Position numbers and translations under genes: made by a program
Shown here: positions 63,921 through 64,000 of the stretch, in pieces
How positions within the stretch are numbered: position 1 is the stretch's first letter
Layout of the letters: each line of letters opens with the position of its first letter
The notes under the pieces: model-generated
The model's input: only the letters and a program-made list of their open reading frames with translations
Told to the model about the DNA's origin: nothing
The model's database searches: none
Origin: a virus
DNA length: 64,000 nt
IMG/VR virus record: IMGVR_UViG_3300032046_000014
Span: 1 to 64,000 of that record
Strand: one strand, 5' to 3'

Positions 63921-64000
63921 AACAAAACGGTTCAAGGGTCAAAACAACGTGGATGCAACACCGCTTTACTGGGCGGCCTGCGCTTCAGCGGGATCTTTTT

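Overview
A 64-kb segment of an archaeal head-tail (Caudoviricetes-like, long-tailed) virus or provirus. The host is probably Bathyarchaeia-like; this is inferred from archaeal TATA promoters, bulge-helix-bulge (BHB) tRNA introns and archaeal-type HTH and Ig-like proteins. The minus strand carries most of the morphogenesis module: terminase small and large subunits, portal, a 1689-aa multi-enzyme protein, prohead protease/scaffold, major capsid, tail terminator, tail tube, a -1 frameshifted tail chaperone, tape measure, duplicated distal-tail-like genes, hub and fibre. It also carries three Ser/Lys/Arg-rich 14-aa-repeat proteins, three glycosyltransferases, methyltransferases and a LAGLIDADG endonuclease. 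Five tRNAs (two with BHB introns) and several structured ncRNA candidates are present. The top finding is a predicted virion gene (15366->14920, minus) interrupted by two tiny tandem BHB introns of 31 and 29 nt. Removing them at the canonical archaeal splice positions deletes an in-frame stop and gives the C-terminus ...VLFKHHFRYQYTG*, which implies tRNA-type splicing of a viral mRNA. All calls come from reading motifs by eye; no database searches were run.
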